A DNA stretch of 51,814 nt from Octopus bimaculoides. Its lineage: Eukaryota. The position numbers and the translations under genes were made by a program. The notes beneath the pieces were generated by a model that was not told the origin of the DNA, ran no database searches, and worked only from the letters and a program-made list of their open reading frames with translations. The stretch lies in NCBI RefSeq assembly GCF_001194135.2, contig NC_068983.1:58223695-58275508 (forward strand), written 5' to 3'. Below are positions 1 to 10,559 of this stretch, one piece after another; the first letter of the stretch is position 1, and the number at the start of each line of letters is the position of its first letter.

Positions 1-44
<44 letters not shown>

Positions 45-623
45 TATTATTATTATTATTATTATGATTATTATTATTATTATTCATATACACTCAACAG
101 ATTAGACCGTTGGAAAAGAAAAGAATCCTAACATCAGGCTACAAGTTGCCTTAGGTGCCAAGAGCCCTCCATCGGGTTACAGATGCCAAGAATTTTCCTA
201 AGCATCCTAGGTTTTATGCCTATTCCCTCTATCCACCTGTTCAGATCTTTAAGGATAGTTCCCAATGCACCTGTAGCTACTGGGGTACATTTTACTTGCA
301 GTTTCCATAGTCTCCGTAATTCAATAGCTAGGTCCTAGTACTTTGCTATTTTTTTCTATACTTCTCATATTAATTTTTTCATCATTTGGGACTGTAAAAT
401 CAATTATCTGGCATTTTCTATTCTCTTACTACCAAATCAGGTCTTCTAGCTTTTATTACTCTGTCAGTCTGAATATTAAAATCGCACAACATGTACTTCT
501 TACTTTCTAGTACTTTACTAGGTTCGTGTTCATACCATTTATCAGTATGTTCAAATCCTAGCTTTCTACATAATTCCCAGTGGATTTTTCTCCCGAGACT
601 GTCATGTCTTTTCTTGTATTCTT
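1..623 (-). mobile_element. R4/Dong-like non-LTR retrotransposon 3' end (zinc-knuckle tail, REL endonuclease, (TAA)n tail), degenerate
   Basis: Minus-strand translation with frameshifts and stops: EYKKRHDSLGRKIHWELCRKLGFEHTDKWYEHEPSKVLES..DFNIQTDRVIKARRPDLVV / KCQIIDFTVPNDEKI / EKIAKY*DLAIELRRLWKLQVKCTPVATGALGTI. It is followed by a short 3' UTR and (AAT)n at 1-85. Confidence 0.9.
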
Positions 624-1552
624 NNNNNNNNNNNNNNNNNNNNNNNNNNNNNNNNNNNNNNNNNNNNNNNNNNNNNNNNNNNNNNNNNNNNNNNNNNNNN
701 NNNNNNNNNNNNNNNNNNNNNNNNNNNNNNNNNNNNNNNNNNNNNNNNNNNNNNNNNNNNNNNNNNNNNNNNNNNNNNNNNNNNNNNNNNNNNNNNNNNN
801 NNNNNNNNNNNNNNNNNNNNNNNNNNNNNNNNNNNNNNNNNNNNNNNNNNNNNNNNNNNNNNNNNNNNNNNNNNNNNNNNNNNNNNNNNNNNNNNNNNNN
901 NNNNNNNNNNNNNNNNNNNNNNNNNNNNNNNNNNNNNNNNNNNNNNNNNNNNNNNNNNNNNNNNNNNNNNNNNNNNNNNNNNNNNNNNNNNNNNNNNNNN
1001 NNNNNNNNNNNNNNNNNNNNNNNNNNNNNNNNNNNNNNNNNNNNNNNNNNNNNNNNNNNNNNNNNNNNNNNNNNNNNNNNNNNNNNNNNNNNNNNNNNNN
1101 NNNNNNNNNNNNNNNNNNNNNNNNNNNNNNNNNNNNNNNNNNNNNNNNNNNNNNNNNNNNNNNNNNNNNNNNNNNNNNNNNNNNNNNNNNNNNNNNNNNN
1201 NNNNNNNNNNNNNNNNNNNNNNNNNNNNNNNNNNNNNNNNNNNNNNNNNNNNNNNNNNNNNNNNNNNNNNNNNNNNNNNNNNNNNNNNNNNNNNNNNNNN
1301 NNNNNNNNNNNNNNNNNNNNNNNNNNNNNNNNNNNNNNNNNNNNNNNNNNNNNNNNNNNNNNNNNNNNNNNNNNNNNNNNNNNNNNNNNNNNNNNNNNNN
1401 NNNNNNNNNNNNNNNNNNNNNNNNNNNNNNNNNNNNNNNNNNNNNNNNNNNNNNNNNNNNNNNNNNNNNNNNNNNNNNNNNNNNNNNNNNNNNNNNNNNN
1501 NNNNNNNNNNNNNNNNNNNNNNNNNNNNNNNNNNNNNNNNNNNNNNNNNNNN

Positions 1553-1635
1553 GTGTGGCTGTGTGGTAAGAAACTGGCTTCCCAATACACATGGGCTCAG
1601 GTTCAGTCCCACTGTATGGCACCTAGGGAAAATGT
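1553..1635 (+). mobile_element. tRNA-headed SINE (family A), head fragment
   Basis: GTGGCTGTGTGGTAAG...GGTTCAGTCCCACTG matches the heads of full copies at 6722-7140 and 31251-31648. Confidence 0.8.
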
Positions 1636-1679
1636 TGTCTACAACAGTCTCAGTTGTAATTGAATCTGGCAGCAACGTC

Positions 1680-1847
1680 TTAATACCATGCTTCGTCGCA
1701 CAATTCACAGATTTTATGCAAGTTTCATTCTGAGTAATTTTTGTAGTGAGAAACAGAAAACATGATAATTCCTCCATTGCCAAAAGATGTAAGAACTCCT
1801 CTAGCAGCTTCTTGCTTTTGTTCTGATTCTCTTGTAAGAATGTATTT
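1680..1847 (-). pseudogene. possible Ran/small-GTPase-derived coding relic
   Basis: Translation KYILTRESEQKQEAARGV-LTSFGNGG-IIMFSVSHYKNYSE*NLHKICELC. It resembles two collinear Ran blocks as I recall them ([46 protein letters not shown]..LC), with TGA at the Trp position. Not verified by search. Confidence 0.4.
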
Positions 1848-1885
1848 TCTGCACATAGACACACCCACACACACACACGTCAGCT

Positions 1886-1930
1886 ACGATTTATGTATGT
1901 ATGTATGTATGTGTATGCATGTTTGTATGC

Positions 1931-1961
<31 letters not shown>

Positions 1962-2200
1962 TGTATGTATGTCTGCATGTACGTCTGTATGTATGTATGG
2001 ATGTATGTATGTATGTATGTGTGTATGTATGTATGCATGTCAGTATGAATGTATGTATTTATGTATCTAAGCATGTATATACATACAGAAAGATNNNNNN
2101 NNNNGTGTGTGTGTATGTATGTATACATGCATACGTACATACATATATATATATACATACGTATGTATGTATGTATATGTATGTATATGTACACACAGTA
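1886..2200. repeat. (TATG)n/(TA)n microsatellite
   Basis: Direct reading. Confidence 0.95.
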
Positions 2201-3904
2201 AGAGAGAAAAGACAGAGATAGACACAGAGAGAGGGGGGAAAGGAGATGGCTCACAACATATGTGTACATGATTGGTCATAACACAAAATTTCCATATTTT
2301 AGGTGGAAATCTGTAAAGCAAGACCAGAGTTAAGATTACATTCACAACTACGCAGTATCTAACCTTTATACACACAGCGAATTTATTAATACACTCACTG
2401 CTGCACCATGCATTGAAAAGTTTCAATATTCATGCATTTGTTATTGCTAAAGTCTAACTTGGCAGTAAGACGTTTATCTTAGAAAATGGTATATTTCTAT
2501 ATTTGCCTGGCNNNNNNNNNNNNNNNNNNNNNNNNNNNNNNNNNNNNNNNNNNNNNNNNNNNNNNNNNNNNNNNNNNNNNNNNNNNNNNNNNNNNNNNNN
2601 NNNNNNNNNNNNNNNNNNNNNNNNNNNNNNNNNNNNNNNNNNNNNNNNNNNNNNNNNNNNNNNNNNNNNNNNNNNNNNNNNNNNNNNNNNNNNNNNNNNN
2701 NNNNNNNNNNNNNNNNNNNNNNNNNNNNNNNNNNNNNNNNNNNNNNNNNNNNNNNNNNNNNNNNNNNNNNNNNNNNNNNNNNNNNNNNNNNNNNNNNNNN
2801 NNNNNNNNNNNNNNNNNNNNNNNNNNNNNNNNNNNNNNNNNNNNNNNNNNNNNNNNNNNNNNNNNNNNNNNNNNNNNNNNNNNNNNNNNNNNNNNNNNNN
2901 NNNNNNNNNNNNNNNNNNNNNNNNNNNNNNNNNNNNNNNNNNNNNNNNNNNNNNNNNNNNNNNNNNNNNNNNNNNNNNNNNNNNNNNNNNNNNNNNNNNN
3001 NNNNNNNNNNNNNNNNNNNNNNNNNNNNNNNNNNNNNNNNNNNNNNNNNNNNNNNNNNNNNNNNNNNNNNNNNNNNNNNNNNNNNNNNNNNNNNNNNNNN
3101 NNNNNNNNNNNNNNNNNNNNNNNNNNNNNNNNNNNNNNNNNNNNNNNNNNNNNNNNNNNNNNNNNNNNNNNNNNNNNNNNNNNNNNNNNNNNNNNNNNNN
3201 NNNNNNNNNNNNNNNNNNNNNNNNNNNNNNNNNNNNNNNNNNNNNNNNNNNNNNNNNNNNNNNNNNNNNNNNNNNNNNNNNNNNNNNNNNNNNNNNNNNN
3301 NNNNNNNCACTGCTGCACCATGCATTGAAAAGTTTCAATATTCATGCATTTGTTATTGCTAAAGTCTAACTTGGCAGTAAGACGTTTATCTTAGAAAATG
3401 GTATATTTCTATATTTGCCTGGCACATTATATCAAACAGATTCATGTAGTCCATTATTTTTTTTACAATATTAGCAGAGAATAGCCAGCAGAGATGAATA
3501 TGTAAAATATACACATACAAAAATAAGAATTTGCAGCCACAAAAGTCCAAGAATAAGGTTACGGTATTAAAATTATGCCATATGAATTATTCAAGAATTC
3601 ACAAGAATTTATTTGAAACGTACAAAAGAGGCGGTTTCTACACAATTATGATATTGTTGGAACAAAATGGATTGGCCCCTGGTGTTTCACAATGAAATAA
3701 ATCCTGGTGCGTATTGATTTGAGATGTAAAATTCTATCTTAAACATAGATGTCTACTGTTTTCATAGCCATTATATACTTTGTTTTAGAACATTTAAGCT
3801 ATGATACATTTATTTATTTATGTGTTTCAGCCAAGTGGCTGCGGTCATGCTGGTGCACCACCGTAAATGTTTAAGTATTTGTCATGTATAAGAGAAATAA
3901 TCTC

Positions 3905-4024
3905 TTAACCCTCTTGATACTAAACTGCCTGGGTCTCTGCTTGATTCTATGGCTCAGATTTCCTGTTTTAAAATGAACTAAATTAAAAATCTTCTTAATA
4001 TTTCATGTTAATTTATGTTCCAAA
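3905..4024 (-). mobile_element. piggyBac-type MITE terminal fragment
   Basis: Starts TTAACCC, the reverse complement of the ...GGTATCAATAGGGTTAA end at 22845-22865. Related fragments at 4400-4531, 11870-11995, 29755-29945 and 34600-34699. Confidence 0.6.
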
Positions 4025-4027
4025 GCG

Positions 4028-4190
4028 AATTTGATGGTAGATGGACAATTCGTCAACAGACAGTTGTCTGTCAGACAACTTACAGATCAATATTTCCACA
4101 TGTCGACTTATTGTCCAATCAGCCAATTGTCCACTTGGTGAATTGTCTTTCAGCGAATTGTCTGTCAACAAATTGTCTGTACACGGAATT
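4028..4190. mobile_element. foldback MITE-like element with ~15-bp GACAAT subrepeats
   Basis: The left half has repeated GACA(A/G)(T/C), the right half repeated ATTGTC, giving an imperfect inverted arrangement. Confidence 0.5.
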
Positions 4191-5677
4191 TGACTACATC
4201 GACCCCAAAACATCACTAGTATTTGTTTTATCAAACCCAAGATCATGAAAAGCAAAGATGGCCTTCATGAAATTTGAACTGAGACTGTGAAGCAGTATTT
4301 TGTTCATCATGCTAACACTTCTGCCAACTTGCTACCACGAGTTTAATAATGAGAAACTTATTTCATTATATTCTTCATTATTTTCAAAATGAAGTTAAAG
4401 TGATCTAAATTTTTAAAAAACCCTCCATCATTATTTCTAGTTAATTTATGCTCCAAGCATCAGTTTTATAATGACAAAAATTATTTTACTAAATTGCTCG
4501 TTATTTTCAAAATTGATTGAATGAAAAACAANNNNNNNNNNNNNNNNNNNNNNNNNNNNNNNNNNNNNNNNNNNNNNNNNNNNNNNNNNNNNNNNNNNNN
4601 NNNNNNNNNNNNNNNNNNNNNNNNNNNNNNNNNNNNNNNNNNNNNNNNNNNNNNNNNNNNNNNNNNNNNNNNNNNNNNNNNNNNNNNNNNNNNNNNNNNN
4701 NNNNNNNNNNNNNNNNNNNNNNNNNNNNNNNNNNNNNNNNNNNNNNNNNNNNNNNNNNNNNNNNNNNNNNNNNNNNNNNNNNNNNNNNNNNNNNNNNNNN
4801 NNNNNNNNNNNNNNNNNNNNNNNNNNNNNNNNNNNNNNNNNNNNNNNNNNNNNNNNNNNNNNNNNNNNNNNNNNNNNNNNNATATATATATATATATATA
4901 TACATATATATTGCACTTCATATTCTGCAGTTTCCTAAAATGAAACAATGATAATTAAATTACTGTGAATAGTCTTGGACAAATACAGGAACTGTGGAAT
5001 TGTTCTAAAACAGGTTTGTCTCCTCTGCATGTGTAGATCATGACAAGATGTTTGTTAGTTATGATCTTTTGAAATTTATAGTAATAAGTCACGTTCAGTT
5101 GAAACATCTTTCAACATAAAACATCTGGTGGCAATTCTCAATACAGTGAACATGCTACAATGTTCGTGACAAAGATGCTAAATACTGTTGCAATAGATCT
5201 TTATTGTGATTCACACATCATTGGTTAACATCCATCACATTCCTACATTATTGAATTCCAATTTTGGCTCCTGGGCATCAATTTCAAAGGATGTGCCTAG
5301 TCAATTACATCAACCCCAGTGTTCATCTGGTACTTATTCTATCGGCTCCGAAGGGATGAAAGGCAAAGTTGACCTAGGCAGAATTTGAAGTCTTATTGGA
5401 AAGTCCACTCACCTGGCAAAAATGAGCAATACCTGTAATTCAAATGCTAACGACCCTTCCAACTTGCTGCCCTCACCTTCCTATATATAACACATCAAAC
5501 CCACATTGATTCCATAAACAAAGATCAATATGCTATCTTTCAACAGCAAAACAGTCCAAGGACCCATCAGATCACCACACAACCTCTCCAAATGCTGAAC
5601 TTTATTATCATTGAGGATCTCTACTGGCAAAAACACAACCTTAACAGAGTTAACATAGCTAGTACCACATCCACAAA

Positions 5678-6316
5678 GTTAGTTCTTGGGGCTAGAAGAT
5701 ATATTTCAGTCCTCAATGGCTGCTAACAATCTGCAAGACTCAGATGAGGTCCACAATGGAGCATAGCACCAACAACTGAGATGACGTTGCTACTATGCAC
5801 ACAGAATTCTTGATTTTGCTGCCTCGTCTCACTATCACAAGGCTTTAGTCAGCCTGGGGCTATAGTAGAACACGCTTGCTCAAAGTGTCACACTGTGGGG
5901 CTGAAGCCAAAACCATATGAATGGAAAGTAACCTTCTCAACCACATAACCAAGGTTACTGTCCTTCATAAATTAATTATTTTAACTGTTTAGTAACTCAT
6001 TTATGTAAGATATTACAGATAATCACTCTGAAAACAAACATTGGCACTCTGTCGGTTACAACAATGTAACCATTCATATGGTTTTGGCTTCAGCCCCACA
6101 GTGTGACACTTTGAGCAAGCGTGTTCTACTATAGCCCCAGGCTGACTAAAGCCTTGTGATAGTGAGACGAGGCAGCAAAATCAAGAAGTCTGTGTGCATA
6201 GTAGTAACGTCATCTCAGTTGTTGGTGCTATGCTCCATTGTGGGCCTCATCTGAGTCTTGCAGATTGTTAGCAGCCATTGAGGACTGAAATATATCTTCT
6301 AGCCCCAAGAACTAAC
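5678..6316. repeat. local inverted duplication, 247-bp arms (5678-5924 and 6070-6316), 145-bp spacer
   Basis: Manual alignment: the arms are reverse complements with 3 mismatches. Confidence 0.95.
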
Positions 6317-6645
6317 GTTCCAGTTGATCTAGTCAGTGGAACAGCCACCTCATGAAATTAACATGCAAGTGGCTGAGTACTCCACAGACACACATAACCC
6401 ATAACGTAGTTCTCATAGAGGTTCAATGTGACACAGAATGTGACAAGGCCGGCCCTTTGAAATACAGATACAAGGCACACCACATATTTGCCAGCTGAGT
6501 GGATTGAAACAGTGTGAAATAAAGTGTTTGCTCAAGGGAACAATGTGCCACCAGGTATGAAGCTCACGTGAGATGAATACTCTAAGCACTATGTCACGTG
6601 ATTCCGTAATCATTCTAAAATGGTAAGAAGCACCCAACACACTGA
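6038..6645 (-). mobile_element. SINE family D copy, interrupted by the right arm of the inverted duplication
   Basis: Reverse complement matches 38258-38570 and 48488-48650 (GTGACACAGA.TGTGACAAGGC, GTGGCTGAGTACTCC). Confidence 0.75.
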
Positions 6646-6721
6646 GTCTTTGACACTAGTTTGATTTTCTGTTCAGTTGTTTCATTAGAATTACAATTCA
6701 TGCCTCCATTTACCATTTACT

Positions 6722-6936
6722 CTCTTTTATTCTTTTACTCTTTTACTTGTTTCAGTCATTTGACTGTGGCCATGCTGGAGCACCGCCTTTAGTCGAGCAA
6801 ATCGACCCTGGGACTTATTCTTTGTTAGTAGTACTTATTCTATCGGTCTCTTTTGCCGAACCGCTAAGTGACGGGAACATATGCACACCAGCATCGGTTG
6901 TCAAGTAATGCTAGGGAGACAAACACAGACACACAA

Positions 6937-6967
<31 letters not shown>

Positions 6968-7140
6968 CATATATACGACGGGCTTCTTTTAGTTTCCGTC
7001 TACCAAATCCACTCACAAGGCTTTGGTCGGCCTGAGGCTATAGTAGAAGACACTTGCCCAACATGCCACGCAGTGGGACTGAACTCGGAACCATGTAGTT
7101 GGTAAGCAAGCTACTTACCACGCAGCCACTCCTGCGTCTA
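6722..7140 (-). mobile_element. full-length tRNA-headed SINE (family A)
   Basis: Head with A/B-box-like GTGGCTGCGTGG and GTTCAGTC, central (TA)/(CA) tract, 3' GACTGAAACAAGTAAAAGAG tail. About 90% identical to 31251-31648. Confidence 0.9.
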
Positions 7141-7184
7141 TTATTGTAGTCAATAATCTAAATAAGGTTGTTGTGTGTCATGAT

Positions 7185-7570
7185 TATCATTATTGAGTGA
7201 GAGAGCAGTGCATGCCATCAAAGTTACTCTGGGATACAATGCCCAGGGTACCCATCATGACTACCCATCTGATAAGGGTACATATCGAGATAAGCAGTGC
7301 ATGATCTTGCAGGTGGCGCTCGGTTACAATTTTCTTCAGGTCAAGTAGCCCATCCTGCTCAAAAGGTCCCTGAATAAGGGTTGTTTAAGGATGTTGGACA
7401 AAACACCCATGTTTCCAGGGGTGAATTATTCAAACCCCAAAGAATTCCTCTCAACACATGGTGATGATGTTCCCTCACTACTTCTGCACATGATCAGAGA
7501 TGCACATATCGTCAGCTATCGAGGGACATGCTCAACTAGTTAAGGTCAAACAACTGACAAGCAAATCCAC
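7185..7570 (-). mobile_element. non-coding (AAT)n-tailed interspersed repeat, internally deleted
   Basis: Same family as 21596-22115 (+) and 40685-40843 (-). Shared end GCATGCACTGCTCTCTCACTCAATAAT. Confidence 0.75.
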
Positions 7571-7615
7571 GAGAGCCATGATTATTATTGTTATTATTAT
7601 TATTATTATTAATAA

Positions 7616-7816
7616 GGCGAGTTAACTGAATCACTAGCATGCCGGATGAAATGCTTAACATTATTTCGTCTGACGCTACGTTCTGAATTCAAAATCCTGT
7701 CGACTTTGCCTTTCATCCTTTCGGGGTCGATAAATTAAGTACCAGTTGCGGACTGGGGTCGATGTAATCAACTTATCCCCTTCCCAAAATGGCTGACCTT
7801 TTGGCAAAATTTGAAA

Positions 7817-7820
<4 letters not shown>
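7616..7820 (+). mobile_element. SINE family C
   Basis: GGCGAG.T..CTGAATC..TAGCA.GCCGG..GAAATGCTTA head and TTCATCCTTTCGGGGTCGATAAATTAAGTACCAG core shared with about 10 copies in the window. Confidence 0.85.
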
Positions 7821-7852
<32 letters not shown>

Positions 7853-8195
7853 GTTCATCCATCGTTGTCAATGGTAATTCAGGACATCACATGGGAGAAG
7901 AATATGGAGCACAGTGTGTCTGGCTGTGGCCAACCAGTCTGATGCATTCTTGGAAGGCTCTGTCACAGGCCAGGCATTAGTGATCTGTTGTGACTGAAAG
8001 CAAAGAGTTGGCTCTGGGCTTGCGTAGTTCATGTCTTCTTTGTGTCCCTGCAATCCTGTTCTGTTTGTAGGAGGTGACACTTTTCTTAGTGCAGCTTTGC
8101 TAGGTAGGATGGTCTTGTGCTTGAGTTTCCCAGGTGTCAGGGTTGATCTCAAAGCTTTCCAGGGAGGTTCTGCGTGTGTTCCCAAATCGCTTAAT
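7820..8195 (-). mobile_element. RTE-clade LINE 3' end, degenerate
   Basis: Translation KRFGNTRRTSLESFEINPDTWETQAQDHPT*QSCTKKSVTSYKQNRIAGTQRRHELRKPRANSL..H*CLACDRAFQECIRLVGHSQTH matches the RTE C-terminus with its C2H2-like motif. (AAT)n tail at 7820-7850. Confidence 0.85.
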
Positions 8196-8274
8196 ACACA
8201 AAGACAAAACCTGTGATTAGAAAATTACTATTTTTATATCTCACAATGTGAGATATTCAGCAACAGTACTTTGG

Positions 8275-8583
8275 AGTAAAGATTGTTTGCCAACATAACA
8301 TGGCAGTCCTTGTTTAAGACAAATGCTGCTGTAATTTAGCCCCAGGAGACATCGTCTCCAGCTGGCTATATTATTATGTGCTAATGAAGAGAAATAACCC
8401 AGAAATTGCGATACACAGATATTGCTATGAACTGAGTGGGGGTGCTAGATTCCCTTGTTTGAAAATATAAGGACACAGATCATATTGTACAGCTAGATGG
8501 AGATGATGTCTTCTGGGGCTAAATTACAGCAACATTCGTCCTAAACCAGGACTGCCATGTTATGCTGGCAAACAATCTTTACT
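8275..8583. mobile_element. MITE with ~95-bp terminal inverted repeats
   Basis: AGTAAAGATTGTTTGCCA.CATAACATGGCAGTCC... (8275-8370) versus its reverse complement at 8490-8583, about 90% identical. Confidence 0.85.
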
Positions 8584-9981
8584 ACAAAACCTGTGATGAT
8601 AAACTAATTGTCCAGTAAAAATTATGAGGGATTTTTCAGCCAGGAACACTTTGTAACTTCTGCAGTGAAATACAAACTTTAAACCCCAACGTTTCCCAAA
8701 TTTGTGAAGAGTCATCAATAGTAATCTATTCTACTTATTCTTGAAAGCACTGTTCCCATTGATTAAATTTTAGATAGAATAAATATGCTCCAAGTTTGCT
8801 TCAAGTTATAAGCTGTGAAGTGAATCACTACATCTAATATACAGAAATCCATTTTATTAGAAAAATTTTGCAAATCTGGAACATGGAAATTTCTTTTAAA
8901 CCACTTTACAACCAATTCTAAATTCTAAAGCCAGCTGTGCTCTCAAAGTATAAATATACTTTACAAAATAAAATAAAATTAAGTTTCATTACTTCTTTCA
9001 TTTCTTTAAAATATCTTCTAATTTTGTTTCCAATGAAGTGCCTCTCAAACATTTCAACACTTGAAACAAAATATATAAAAGAAATGAAAACAATCTATAA
9101 AATAAAAATAAAAAAAAATCCATCAGGAAATTTCTATAATGTAAGTAAAATATATTTATAATCTAACCTAATGTTATTAATTTCCACTTTCTTGAAAAAA
9201 ACATCTTTTAGCAGAAATAATTTCCTAGAATACTTTCATCGTATGTTGCACATAGCAATAATGAAATATTTAACGAATATATCAGTGTTGTTTGCAACTA
9301 AAACTTAATTTTAAATTTACGAAATTTTCATCAAAAATTTTGGTGATGATGAAAGTTGATTTTTCATGTTGTATTTTATTTGTTTTATTTATTTTTTTCA
9401 TTGTTCAGCTGAAAAAAAAAAATAATAAAAACAGAAAGAAATTTGTGAAATTAAACAAAAAATTTTCTGCTTTATTAATAATTTTCCTGAAATGAAAGAA
9501 GTAATATTTTAATTCTATTTCTTTCTGAAATTATTATTTACTATATTTGTCTTGAGGTAACTAAATTATTGATAATCCAATATTGTAAAAAAATAAAAAT
9601 GTTTATGTAGCTTTCACTGTTTGTTATTCGAAAAGCTCAGCAATAAAAATTGGAGTGATTGCATAATTTTACTTCAGAATAAGTAAATAAATAAAACATA
9701 AAAATGAAAATACATAAACCATAAAAAATAATATATAAAAATAAATAAAAATCACCTTGTGAAATATAGTTGAATTTTTGTCAAAATGTAACTCGTTTAC
9801 TTTCAAACATTGCTTCCATATGTACAAAGAAATACATATTTTTGAAAAGCTAAGACAGAAAGATCAAATATCAATTATGGTACATAAGGAAATTGGTATT
9901 GATGTCATGCAAGAATTTCACTTTACATATCAGGTTCTATCATTTGATTGGCTGGAGTTCAATAATCTATTTCCTCTTAAA

Positions 9982-10160
9982 CATCAACACCATCATCATT
10001 TAATGTCCATTTTCCAAGCTGGCATGGACTGGACAGTTGGTCTGGAGCGGACCAGCTGGAAAGCTGTACTAGGTTCTATTTGTTTGTTTTGGCATGATTT
10101 CTATGGTTAGATATCCTTCTTAATGCCAACCATTTTACAGAGTGTACTGGATGCTCTATA
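9982..10160 (-). mobile_element. SINE family B ((GAT)n tail)
   Basis: CATCATCATTTAATGTCCATTTTCCA.GCTGGCATGG end shared with 37495-37617 and 45205-45400. Confidence 0.75.
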
Positions 10161-10169
10161 ATTTGTGCC

Positions 10170-10378
10170 AGAACAGGTGCTCTTTTATGTCACGCCAGAA
10201 TGGGTGCTTTTTATGTGGTTCCAACATGGGTACTTTTCTATGCGACACCAACATGGGTACTTTTTACATGACACCAACACAGGTGCATTTTACATGGCAC
10301 CAGCACAGGTGTGTTTTACACAGCACCAGCAGAGGTACTTCTTACATGGCACCAGCATGCATGCATTTTATGTGGCAG
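10170..10378. repeat. 26-bp minisatellite, about 8 diverged copies
   Basis: Unit approximately G(A/G)CACCA(A/G)CAC(A/G)GGTGC(A/T)TTTTACAT. Confidence 0.85.
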
Positions 10379-10559
10379 TCAGGGATTAGATTGAATTGGA
10401 TTGGCTATATTCAGTCTGCTGCAGGATGAGGGTGTCAGCATGTTTTCTCCACTAACCACACTTTGATGTGCACGCAGTGAATTTCAGCTTGTGATCATAC
10501 TAGTTTAATGATCCTACTCTGTCACACTGGTTTAACATGGCTTGGCAGAGGAATGCAGT

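Noticed and set aside
2396-3423. Identical 116-bp direct repeat (2396-2511 / 3308-3423) flanking a 795-N gap
   Set aside because: Exact identity at both gap edges is typical of unmerged contig overlap; probably not an LTR or real duplication.
9600-9655. Minus-strand CUGAGCU...AGU-GAA-AGCU-A (similar GUGAAAGCUA at about 19730-19755)
   Set aside because: Needs a 3-nt core deletion plus stem mismatches to be a hammerhead; too decayed to call.
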